The position numbers were made by a program, and so were the translations under genes. From positions 102,171,347 through 102,212,062 of the forward strand of contig NC_068987.1 in the NCBI RefSeq assembly GCF_001194135.2: a stretch of DNA of 40,716 nt, in the 5' to 3' direction. Shown here in pieces: positions 12,636 through 22,970 of the stretch (positions are counted from its first letter, which is position 1; each line of letters opens with the position of its first letter). The notes beneath the pieces were generated by a model. It did not search any database. It had not been told where the DNA came from and saw only the letters and a program-made list of their open reading frames with translations. The stretch comes from Octopus bimaculoides. Its lineage: Eukaryota.

Positions 12636-12960
12636 CAATTCATGTTTTGAGGTATCGTGGTCCATTGAAGGATGGAGTTGTTATTGATAGAGAGGTATAT
12701 GCATATGGGTGACCTATCTGTTACCTTTGAAGAAATTTGCTTAGGATTTGTTTGAAGGTGATAGGATCTTTCCTTATTCGTTTTGTTTGAGGGATAATGT
12801 TAAATAGAGCGCGGTCTTTTGAGGAAAAGAACTTGCGCTGCGGTGAATTTGTGATGTAAGTCTGAATTGTGTAGGGGGCGTATGGTATGTGTCCTTAGCC
12901 TTCTGTTAATTCTGAATCTGATTTTGTAGTCGTTTGCGCTGGCCTCCGAGCAGGTATTAC
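12636..12960 (-). mobile_element. 3' end of a CR1/L2/Crack-like LINE ORF2
   Basis: Two minus frames give NDYKIRFRINRRLRTHTIRPL and RALFNIIPQTKRIRKDPITFKQILSKFLQ, then NNNSILQWTTIPQNMN*. This matches the recalled post-RT tail pattern (gp.LFN.lP......FK..Ld.fL..ipD.P....nNS). Confidence 0.6.
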
Positions 12961-13546
12961 CATGACAATTTTCTCTGTCAATGCGACAATCACTCGCTAC
13001 ACACATTCCTTCCAAGCACTGCTGTACCGGCAGCAGAGAGCTAGATAGTTAAATTTTAGTGCGCATGCACAGCAGAGTTCAAGGTCAATTTGTGCCAAGC
13101 GACTTTAGTTTGTGTGGTCTAGCTTCGTTACTATGAAGCAGTGCTGGTACTTATTGATCAGACCTCGTATATATATATATATTATCTTCGAAACGTCGAG
13201 TTAGAATAGAGGCAGCTGATGAATAATTCCAAGTGGCTTTCTGTTTTCCTATGCGTTCGTTCCGTTGTCTGTAGTTCATATTGTTCTAACGTCCTGTACC
13301 CTGATATGCATCTATATACACATGTAGATGAAAGTATATACATATATGTGTGTATACATGAATGTATATNNNNNNNNNNNNNNNNNNNNNNNNNNNNNNN
13401 NNNNNNNNNNNNNNNNNNNNNTATATATATATATAAATACGCAAATATATATATATATACAAATAAAATATATAGAGAGAGATTTATACAAAATATACAT
13501 ACAGACACACGCACACACACTCACATACACACGTGCGCACGCACGC

Positions 13547-13602
<56 letters not shown>

Positions 13603-14263
13603 GTATATATATATACACACCAGCGGACCCTTTCCTAATTTAAGAGAATGATAGAAACGATATTTAGCTGACAGCCACTGTCGACACTTTCCTTGCAGAC
13701 AAATATACTAAAACTATAATGTAAGAACAAAAACATCAAAAAAAAAAGCCCACATCTCTGGCTGCATATCGCGCTTAGATTTCCAATTTCACTTTCTCAC
13801 AGAACTGGTTGTTATAAGTTGCTGTGTGAGGCAAGTGTTACTACTATTTCATCACTCCAGAGATTTTGTTGGTATAACGAGCATATTTGAGTATGAGATA
13901 CCTGAGGGGGAATGTGATAGTTAGTTGGAAGAGGGTCTGACTCTCTCATCGTTATTGTATAAATATACAAACACCAACATTTTACTAAGCATAAATACGC
14001 ATAAAAATACGTCACGTACACAAATACAATGAGAAAGAATTCGAAAAGCAGAGAATGTGAGCGAACGAGAGAGCGAAAGCATATATGTTTTTGATCTTGG
14101 TTTATACGTTAATTTGTAATTCAAAAATGCAAAGTAATGCTCCCAAATTTCATACCTCATATTATTTGCGAGAGAGAAATATCTAATTCATGCATATATA
14201 TGTGTGTGTGTGTGTGTGCATACTCTTGAATAATTTACTTGCTGTCTTCCTGCGTATACGTAC

Positions 14264-14340
14264 CAATGCTCCGAAGAAGATGAATGGAAAATTAATGCCT
14301 GGGCTACCGGGTGTACGCGCATGTGGATGCACGTGTTGCG
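14264..14340 (-). CDS. Candidate 77-nt internal exon of an unidentified gene, possibly a membrane transporter
   Basis: Minus strand: GCTAAC branch-like motif, TTGCTTTCTCAG acceptor, TTG/GTACGT donor. GC-richer than the flanks. One open frame gives QHVHPHARTPGSPGINFPFIFFGAL, another RNTCIHMRVHPVAQALIFHSSSSEH. Confidence 0.35.
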
Positions 14341-14929
14341 CTGAGAAAGCAATTCTAACGTTAGCCATAACTATGCCACGTGGTAATTTATGGACATTAT
14401 ATCTCTATCCATATATGTATATATCTACATATATATATATATATATATATANNNNNNNNNNNNNNNNNNNNNNNNNNNNNNNNNNNNNNNNNNNNNNNNN
14501 NNNNNNNNNNNNNNNNNNNNNNNNNNNNNNNNNNNNNNNNNNNNNNNNNNNNNNNNNNNNNNNNNNNNNNNNNNNNNNNNNNNNNNNNNNNNNNNNNNNN
14601 NNNNNNNNNNNNNNNNNNNNNNNNNNNNNNNNNNNNNNNNNNNNNNNNNNNNNNNNNNNNNNNNNNNNNNNNNNNNNNNNNNNNNNNNNNNNNNNNNNNN
14701 NNNNNNNNNNNNNNNNNNNNNNNNNNNNNNNNNNNNNNNNNNNNNNNNNNNNNNNNNNNNNNNNNNNNNNNNNNNNNNNNNNNNNNNNNNNNNNNNNNNN
14801 NNNNNNNNNNNNNNNNNNNNNNNNNNNNNNNNNNNNNNNNNNNNNNNNNNNNNNNNNNNNNNNNNNNNNNNNNNNNNNNNNNNNNNNNNNNNNNNNNNNN
14901 NNNNNNNNNNNNNNNNNNNNNNNNNNNNN

Positions 14930-14964
<35 letters not shown>

Positions 14965-15840
14965 TAGATTGATATAGATAGATAGATAGATATACGTATA
15001 GATATATATAACATACATATATAGATATATTGTATATACATATGTATATATATATATGCTTATCATGTGGTGAAGAATCACATCACCAGTTCTGCATATG
15101 TGTATGCAGATATGCAAATGTGTGCATGTCTTTGAATTTGTTTGTATGTGTATAATTCTGTGCCTAATACAGGTTGTACACGTACATAAATGTCTGGAAA
15201 TGTGTATGTTCTGTTGTACTTTCTTTCGTCACAGATATTCAAATTCGTTATAGCTAACGCCTGCTTTCAGGAATTACAAGCCTTGATTACCACTTGTGTT
15301 ATTGGATATTTGACAAATAGATTATAGGTCGGCTTCCACATAAATATCCCAAGTAAATGATTTAGTACTGACCTTCATATGTTTCTTTAAATCTCATTAT
15401 GTAATACCAAATGTTCAGACGTGGAGAAATATAGCCAGCATATTCTGCTGATGTTACTTTTATTATTTGTTTTATTTATTTTACAAAGGATGCGGATCGA
15501 TGGAAAGAATCTCTATTGAGTTGATAGCAAAAGAGAAGCATCTTTAGATTCCTGTTTTTATGTTCTGAGTTCAAATGCTATAGAAGTCGAATTTTTCTAT
15601 TCATTCTTCCGCAGAGAAATTTCATCGAGTGTATCACATCCTAAAACATGCAGTTTTAAATATGTTGTTCTTAACCACGTTATCATCAATTCCAGACTTT
15701 CAGTGAGATTCATCATAGTCCTTGATTCCGAAATTTAGTTGAAAGCTTGCATGATCTAATTCCATATTCTGTGTTCCGTTATCTAATGTAATACTGGAGA
15801 TTTTATTTTGGATTTTTCAAGGTTTCTTCAATCTTAACTC

Positions 15841-16416
15841 TTTTATTTGTTTCAGTCATTTGACTGCGGCCATGCTGGAGCACCGCCTTTAGTCGAGCAA
15901 ATCGATCCCAGAGCTTATTCTTTGTAAGCCTTGTGCATATTCTATCGCACTCTTTGGCCTACCCACTAAGTTACGGGGACTTAAACACACCAGCATCGGT
16001 TGTCAAGCGATGTTAGGAGGACAAACACAGACACACATGCATACATCCATACATCCATACATACATACATATATATATATATCAAAATAAGTAACAAGGA
16101 TATCCAGAGGTAATACAGTACGATCGTTTCATGCAACTCCATTTAATTGAACAATGTAATCATTACACCGATTTAAAATGCAGGGCAATGCTCAGCTGCA
16201 CAAAAACATAGAATTTAATTAAATTAGAACAGATTGACACATTAGTGTATATATATATATATATATATGACCAGCTTCTTTCAGTTTTCGTCTACCATAT
16301 CCACTCACAAGGCTTTGGTCGACTCGAAGCTATATTAGAAGACGCTTGCCCAAGGTGCCACGCAGTGGGTGTGAACCCGGAAGTGGTTGGTACGCAAGCT
16401 AATTACCACACAGCCA
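15841..16416 (-). mobile_element. SINE family A, full length, with a ~165-bp insert inside its microsatellite
   Basis: Head at 16267-16416 and tail at 15841-16030 both match the other family A copies. Unrelated sequence 16081-16245 lies between two (TA)n stretches. Confidence 0.88.
16113..16201 (-). ncRNA. Hammerhead ribozyme relic of a second family (G8C core variant)
   Basis: Minus strand reads GTGCAG-CTGAGCA-[imperfect long stem II, TTGCCCTGCATTTTAA...TTAAATGGAGTTGCAT]-GAAA-CGATCG-TA-CTGTAT. It has a 6-bp stem I (two G-U), a palindromic stem III ACGATCGT and a GTA cleavage triplet. Confidence 0.6.
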
Positions 16417-18049
16417 TAAAAGAAAATTTATATAAATTCTTTTACTAATCCATGTACACTGAAATGGAGTGTACATAGTTTATATTTATATTCTGCAGTA
16501 TAAAACTTGTTCATTCACAAAAGTTCGTCAATATCCTACAACGCTTTATTTTTTCAAGTCCCGACTAATTAGACAATTCGATTAAAAATATCAATGCCAG
16601 AGAAAAGACTTATTTTAACGACTACTTTTCTGTGCTGGGAAAAGTATTTACCATTTATTATTAATTCTTTATTGTATCGGTTTATCGCTGAGGCTAATCA
16701 TTGATGTCCAATTATTCCACAGTACCAAGATTACAAATGAAATCACTGTTAAAATCCTTCAGTATTCCATGTTCTTGAATATTCATTTTTCAAATATTCA
16801 CAGTTATACATCCATGTGAGTCCATTCACAAATATTCACAGTTATACATCCCTATGAGTTTGTAGAGAATCGCTTGTTTTTCCAGTAAAACATTTTACTA
16901 TATTATTTCATTTCACTTATATTAACTGTAGGAGTAGCGGATGTAGCTCTGTAAATAAAAGCATTTGCAGCTTATTTTTTCTTGGAGATTCAGAAAGTTT
17001 TCCTCTCACTACAATATTTATGTGTTTCATTTGGTTTCACCATTATGTCGCTTAACAGTTATTGCAGCATATTATATCAAATTCTTCATTATCTGAGTGA
17101 GAACTTTGACAACTTGGCTTCTCATGATGCCTTCCAGCTATTTGTCTTATGCAGAGCTTTAGCTACCTTTGCCGTTAAAAATGCACAGTTATTTATATAC
17201 TTTGTTCGCTGTTTTTAACAATTCCCACTAAGGTTAATAATAGTTTCTCACACTCCTCAACACACCTCAGCAGTATGCCTCAACTTCGACGGTGCTGCAT
17301 TGATTTATATTAAATCTTCCTTAATATCTTTACCAAATACTTTCGGATTCTTGTCAAATTATTTGTGCTACAGCAGAGATTAAACTTTGTTTCAATTCAG
17401 GCACCCTTTTTTTGTTGAGTTATATTTCTGTAATAATTCTTTCATTTTTAACCGCTTTATCATTTTCTTATCGATATTTTCACTGATTAAGAGATTTTTC
17501 TTTTTTTCCCATGTTAACTGCATTTGCTTTTGCCATGTTACTTGGTTGTTTTTCGATATCTTTACATGAGTTAATCTGTGAAATAGCGTACTGTTTTGGT
17601 TTTACAGTGCCCAGTACAAAAGTTATTGTGGTTAGACTGTTGATATTAATGTTTGTGTCTGCGAAACGTGAGATGTCTAGGCTAGGATAATTATTGAAAT
17701 AAAAAAACATAAAACACGTTTCTACATTATTCACGTTTCTCACGATTTTTACGTTCTTCCCGATTTCAGTAATTTGAAATTGAAATTCTTAAATCGTTTC
17801 ATGTTTCACTTTCTTAAAACATTTTAGGTTCAGTTTAGCCTTGTCAGTGCTTTGTATGTGCTCTGTACATGGTACAAACTAAGTTAAATTTGGTTATTGG
17901 TCCGAAATACATTAGTTGTATACGTATACGTTACGTATCATGTTTTGAATGCGTTGAGAATGTAGCTTTCTAAGTTACGTAGTCTTATGGATTCCAGCTA
18001 TACTTTTAGTCTCCTGTCAATTTTCAAATTTATACGAGGTGAATCGTCG

Positions 18050-19300
18050 TAGTTTCATTTTCTGTGCAGTGTTACTCTAAAACATGCATGTAGCATAGAT
18101 ACATAGGACTCACTCTGCTGCAACGTTTATGCCAGGTTTCATGTTGTTGTGTAGCTTCCTCTTCTTCAAAACTCTCCAGTTTGGGAGTCCTTGAATAAGA
18201 TAATGGATGAACGTCACCCTCGTTCTCTCCATGTCTATGTTGCAAAAGAAATATGTTACTCAGGACACTATAATATTGAAGCCGTATGTCCATGTGTCAA
18301 GTGAAGTATTTCAGTTAGAATTAGGTGACCTTGTCACTGCCAGGTGATTTCCAATTCCATTCAGTCTGTTGATGAGCTACTGGTTATGCACGGTCATGCT
18401 TCTCCTTGCTATTTTCTTTTTCCTTTCTTCCATTCTGATCTACTGTATTGTATTGAGCGTTTGCAGTTTCGCTAGTGTTCTGCCTTGCATTTGAGTTGTG
18501 TTTTTTTTTTCTTTTATAATGAATATGTCAATTTGATCTCGTATCGGATTGAAATACTTTAATCTCCTGGGAAAAAGGCTTTGCGTTCTTTCAAAGCATC
18601 TCATTGTACATGCTTTTGCTGCTTTTCTTTGTTTGACCTCTTCTTATGCGTCCAAAATCTCTTCGTTTTTATTGAGGTTGTATTCGTCTATTATTTTGGT
18701 CCCTTTTGTTCATTTATTGGATCCCCACCTTTCTCTATTTCGCTAAGTAAAAACATGACATGCAATGTTTGTTTTTCCATATTCTTCATGTTTTTGCTGG
18801 GGTTTGGTCGTGGATTTAACTCTATTGGAATCAAACTCGGTTTCCCTCGATACCGCAACTGCTACAGATTAAATCGGATCATGCAATATGTCGAAATTCG
18901 CGGAGTTTATTGCCATGAACGATGTATATTGCAAAGCTCTATTACATTTATTTATCCGTTCCTAAAATTGCTTGTTCATTTTTTACTGCGGCAGGTGTTA
19001 AAGCTGATTCCTGTTCAGCGATGTTGAAATGTTCTCTTGTTTATTTATTGATATATCCTTCTCCCTGTTAAATCAAGCTGCTCTATCATGACAGCTTTTT
19101 ATTGTTGCAAGGTGTGTATTGGAGGGTATATACTCAGCGTGCCTTTGTTTAGTGTGTCTATTGGTATTTCTAGCGTTTCCAACCAACACCTCTTTGAATG
19201 CCAGATATTTTATTCACTCTGTATTTTTGTATTTGATTTCCTGCTTTATCGTTTTGCTTTGTGTTCTACCTTATAACAAAAAACCTTGCTCTCTTGTGAT
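18050..19300 (-). mobile_element. Very degenerate RT-bearing LINE relic, possibly the same R4/Dong-like type
   Basis: The minus strand is A-rich, with ordered but eroded motif remnants: GIQRG (GIFQGD-like, ~19190), F.RGK-like, FLGTD (YLG-like), AVAV (AVPV-like), EKGG (RKEGGRG-like), KHDR (RHDR-like, ~18395). Pattern recognition only. Confidence 0.35.
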
Positions 19301-19609
19301 GTTTCCATTGATATTTGGTAGGTCAAGTTTGATTGTGGAGGCATATGTTTTGCATTATTTTCATTTGTTATTCTTCTTAAATTTGTCATTTTAAATTTTG
19401 AAAAGTTATTGTTTCATAAAAAAAAAATTATGTTCGATCGTCACAGCTTTACTGGAATATATTTATGATGTAATCATGTATAGGTATCATTCATAATGCT
19501 CATGCGTGTTGGATAAGTGCCTTATGTGTAATAGAGAAGTCATGCCATACTTCAATATATTATTTATTGGCCGAAAATAGTTTTGCTTTTTTGCCTTCAT
19601 TTCTGGTGC

Positions 19610-19659
19610 AGATTATCATCATCATCATCACCACCGCCACTACCACCACCGCCACCGCC

Positions 19660-19691
<32 letters not shown>

Positions 19692-19778
19692 CAACAACAN
19701 NNNNNNNNNNNNNNNNNNNNNNNNNNNNNNNNNNNNNNNNNNNNNNNNNNNNNNNNNNNNNATTATTATTATTATTAG
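19610..19778. repeat. Compound trinucleotide array (ATC/ACC/AAC/ATT) with a small gap
   Basis: Directly visible. Confidence 0.9.
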
Positions 19779-20110
19779 TGGTTTTTCTTCTTTCGATTTT
19801 GCTTTCATTTCTTGCCGAGTGTCTTACCGACACTTAGGGCAAAGAAACTCACTGCTGAGATCGTAGCTGTAGACCCGGTAATGTAACTAAAGTCACACTA
19901 AATATATTTTCATGCGAGAGAAAAAAAAAACCCCCAAATAATAAGTTCAAGCGTTATTCAATATTTAATATTTTCCTATCGTAGTAAGTAACAAGAACGT
20001 CCTTGAAACACTACTGTTAGTCCAGTTCTATATTTAAGAGATGAGGAATTATGTGCATTATTTACATTATTTACATTTGACGAATATTTGTCCTCATCTT
20101 GTTTGCTGTT

Positions 20111-20156
20111 AACCCAACGTTTCGGCTGATATACCGTCCAACCTTCATCAGCTGTC
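20111..20156 (-). ncRNA. Minimal type I hammerhead ribozyme motif (intact core, weakened stem I)
   Basis: Minus strand reads GACAG-CTGATGA-A-GGTTG-GACGGTATAT-CAGCC-GAAA-CGTT-GGGTT. Both core boxes are intact, stem II pairs with one G-U, and stem I is mismatched at the core-proximal pairs. Confidence 0.7.
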
Positions 20157-20263
20157 CTAAGGTATTTTTCGATGTTGTTGTTGTTATTATTTTAGTTTTC
20201 GTATTTTCCAGTGGTGTTCTCTATTATTTTAACTTAAAATAATTGACAGAGAACACAACTGGA

Positions 20264-20425
20264 AAAGTTAAAATAATAGACAGAGAACACCACTGGAAAA
20301 TACGAAAACTAAAAGAAGCAGCGCATATGCTAGGACACAACAACCTCCTAAGCAGACCGAGTGCAGATATGAACAGCATATGGGAACCGGTATTAAGGAA
20401 GGATAGGATAATATTAGATTTATAA
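20264..20425 (+). pseudogene. C-terminal fragment of a PLE GIY-YIG endonuclease
   Basis: KVKIIDREHHWKIRKLKEAAHMLGHNNLLSRPSADMNSIWEPVL matches the recalled PLE GIY-YIG tail pattern (kil..E..w.kRk.kEa..I.....lnr..g..l...w..ll). The N-terminal GIY/YIG motifs are absent. Confidence 0.7.
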
Positions 20426-20454
20426 GCCCTAAAATTCACTCCATAATTGCTCAC

Positions 20455-20525
20455 GGGCATATCGCGTAGTGGTTAAGAGTGCAGGCTACTAACCCCAAGA
20501 TTTCGAGTTCGATTCCAAGCATTGA
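20455..20525 (+). promoter_or_regulatory. tRNA-derived internal Pol III promoter (A box + B box) inside the PLE 3' region
   Basis: A-box-like TCGCGTAGTGG (20462-20472) followed by TTAAG, anticodon-arm-like GCAGG-CTACTAA-CCCC, and B box GAGTTCGATTCC (20505-20516). No intact acceptor stem. Confidence 0.7.
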
Positions 20526-20592
20526 CCTGAATAATAATATTAATAATAACACTAATAACATCGAAAAATACCCTGATACGAAATTTCCCTAA

Positions 20593-20638
20593 GACACCTG
20601 ATGAAGGCTGGAGGATATATCAGCCAAAACGTTGTGTT
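20593..20638 (+). ncRNA. Minimal type I hammerhead ribozyme motif (G12A variant, probably inactive)
   Basis: Stem I GACAC/GTGTT; core CTGATGA at 20598-20604; stem II GGCTG/CAGCC; AAAA instead of GAAA at 20626-20629; loop-less palindromic stem III ACGT. Predicted cleavage after GTT (20633). Confidence 0.7.
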
Positions 20639-21664
20639 GACAACAAACAAGATGAGGACAAATATCTGTCGAATGTAAACAATGTAAATAATGCACTACT
20701 ATTAGTCATATAAAAGAGAGCACTAAATCAGATACCATACATGGCGTACGGCTTACATAGTAGCCCCGTATCTTTGTATAGACATTAATTTTTATAAACA
20801 AAAATTATCTCTGAGTATTAACTTATAGTGGCCAGTGGCATGCATTTGTACAACATAGACAAGTACAGGTATAACAACTACCATATAACAGACATTTTGA
20901 ATTATGTAAATTGTTGCTGTCTCTGATGAAGTATCATGATTATCGTCAATAATTTATATATACATGTTTTTTTTTTACATGCATTTGTCTACATTCGTTA
21001 TTATAAACTCTTTTACTTTCACTTTCCTTGTTTAATATGTTTGCAACATCTGGCTGACATTTCATTTTTGGTTAAATGTTATTAACTGTTGTCAAATATA
21101 TAATCTCTGTAGAGGTGTGATGCAGAAATAGATTAGCGATTGTACAATTGGTATATTCAGAATTATAGCAAATTTGTAGCTGGAATTTCAATATATATGA
21201 GAGTAGAACAATGTACTCTAAATAATATCAGCTCACCACCACCCTCTAACATTTGGTAAACAGGTGTACTCTATACTCCTTATGCTTCTTCTAACTTTTT
21301 AACAATTGACTCTGTTGCTTGGAAATGGTTGGTATCTTACCTCTATTCAGTTATACGTAACCCATTTATTTACCATTTTCTTATCAGCCATATTGTTGCT
21401 ACCCTTACTTTCCTGCCCTGCATTAAACGCTTTAATCGGGCAGATAAGGGCTCTGAAGATTTCTCGTTGTTTATATATATTCTGTCATCATTTTGATTCT
21501 ATTCAAGGAAGAATCTAACATTTACATTCTAAAGGTTTCATGATTACTTCGAGACGCGGTTCAGAACTTTTTCTTTCACAACAGATCATTTACAATAAAC
21601 TTATACGTGTGTGACAATATAGTATATATGATGTAAACCTTTATATACTTGTATAAGTGTATCA

Positions 21665-21697
<33 letters not shown>

Positions 21698-22793
21698 CGT
21701 GTGTGTGTGTGTGTGTGTTTCTACATAAGTACACATATTCACATACACATACACACACATACGCATTCACTTAATTTATATGTTGAAATATATACAAATT
21801 TGATCAGAAAATATTCAGCCTCAGTCTGATTTTCAATCTTTCAGGTTCGATAAAACAAATATTCCCGAAAATTGTTACGAATCTGTCATACTGTTCATTG
21901 ATTTCAGTACGTGTGGAGAAGAACATTTTTGTGCTAGAATATTCTTTATCATTTCTAACATACTGTACTTATTGTATATTCTGACAAGAGCCATTATTCT
22001 TCTGTCTTCTACAGCTTCGATATTTTATCTTCCTCACTAAATTGTCCAATTCCCTTTATATTTATGCTGAAACGCTAGATTATTACAGTGTCAGTGGATA
22101 AATCATGCGATGAAGACTGTTATAATATTTAATTATTCATCTATGACAAGAAACGAAGAAGCGGGAACGGTGGTCGTAAAATTGCAAATAAAACTCGCAC
22201 ACAACGGGAAAACCTAACTACAATACTAGGTCTAAAATGTAATATTTCAGTTTGTACGTAGAATGAAAATGTTTTATAAGAACCGATGAGAATTTAACGG
22301 CCAAGGTATGCTTAGGTATTGCTTAACGTGGTAAAGCGAATATGAGACATAATTTCCTTGGGATACAACTCAAGCCTAATGAACGTAATGTTCTCTCATA
22401 ATCTGGGACTAAGTTTCTGCGAAACGAATTAATGCAATCTAAAGTATTCTGCCAGAAATACAACGAAAACCAACCTAAAAACTGCACCGTAATTGGATTC
22501 GCGGTTTGCTAGTATAATTATTACTATATATACTGAAATGGATTGCCTCGTTTTCCGGTTGAAGTCGCACCGTATGCAGGCAACAAATGTAACATAGTGA
22601 ATGATTCAAGTACAAAGATTTCAACTAGAATGAGTGGAATCGATATTTTAGGAAAATCAGTTGATTTACTTTCATGTGACGTTTCAGATATTTTTATTTA
22701 TCTGTAAAGACATGTATTCGATTAGCGTGCAGTCTTGTCAGTATACTAAAAAATACGAGTTATAGTCGCATATATATTATGGGTATCAAACTT

Positions 22794-22970
22794 TGGCACA
22801 AGGCCAGCAGTTTCGGTGCTCAACTGGTATTTAATCTATCGACCACGAGCGGATGAATGGCAAAGTCGACCAAGGCAGAATTTGCAGTCAGAACACAAGG
22901 ACTGACGAAATGATGTTAAACATAAGCATTTTGTCCCACGTTCTAACGATTCTGCCAACTCGTCGCATTT
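22794..22970 (-). mobile_element. SINE family B, degenerate with an internal deletion
   Basis: GGCACAAGGCC...CTGGTATTTAATCTATCGACC...GGATGAATGGCAAAGTCGACCAAGGCAGAATTTG...CTAACGATTCTGCCAACTCGTCGC. Confidence 0.75.

Larger units (their letters stand above)
20023..20696 (+). mobile_element. Penelope-like element (PLE), 5'-truncated, with an inverted pLTR-like arm at its left end
   Basis: Flanked by the direct repeat CACTACTGTTAGTC (20009-20022) / CACTACTATTAGTC (20694-20707), read as a TSD. Contains a GIY-YIG C-terminal peptide, hammerhead motifs in both arms, and inverted arms ~20053-20174 vs ~20559-20696. Inverted 5' arms and hammerheads are established PLE hallmarks. Confidence 0.8.

Noticed and set aside
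12797-12860. Plus-strand ATG...MLNRARSFEEKNLRCGEFV followed by a GTAAGT donor
   Set aside because: It lies antisense within the LINE 3' fragment recognised on the minus strand, which explains the sequence better.
13076-13087. AGTTCAAGGTCA nuclear-receptor-like site
   Set aside because: A single 9-12 bp motif in 40 kb is not distinguishable from chance without conservation or ChIP data.
13185-13225. GAAACGTC followed by CTGATGA (permuted hammerhead?)
   Set aside because: Stem I between the boxes does not pair at the core, and no convincing stem II or downstream GAAA was found.
16791-16851. 23-bp direct repeat with 38-bp period
   Set aside because: An ordinary local tandem duplication with only two copies.
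20455-20525. Functional tRNA gene (also the tRNA-like heads at 31080 and 32627)
   Set aside because: Acceptor stems do not pair, and each is embedded in a retroelement. They are promoter-derived heads, not tRNA genes.
20915-20975. GCTGTCT-CTGATGA near the PLE
   Set aside because: No GAAA box or closing stem downstream, and it lies outside the TSD.
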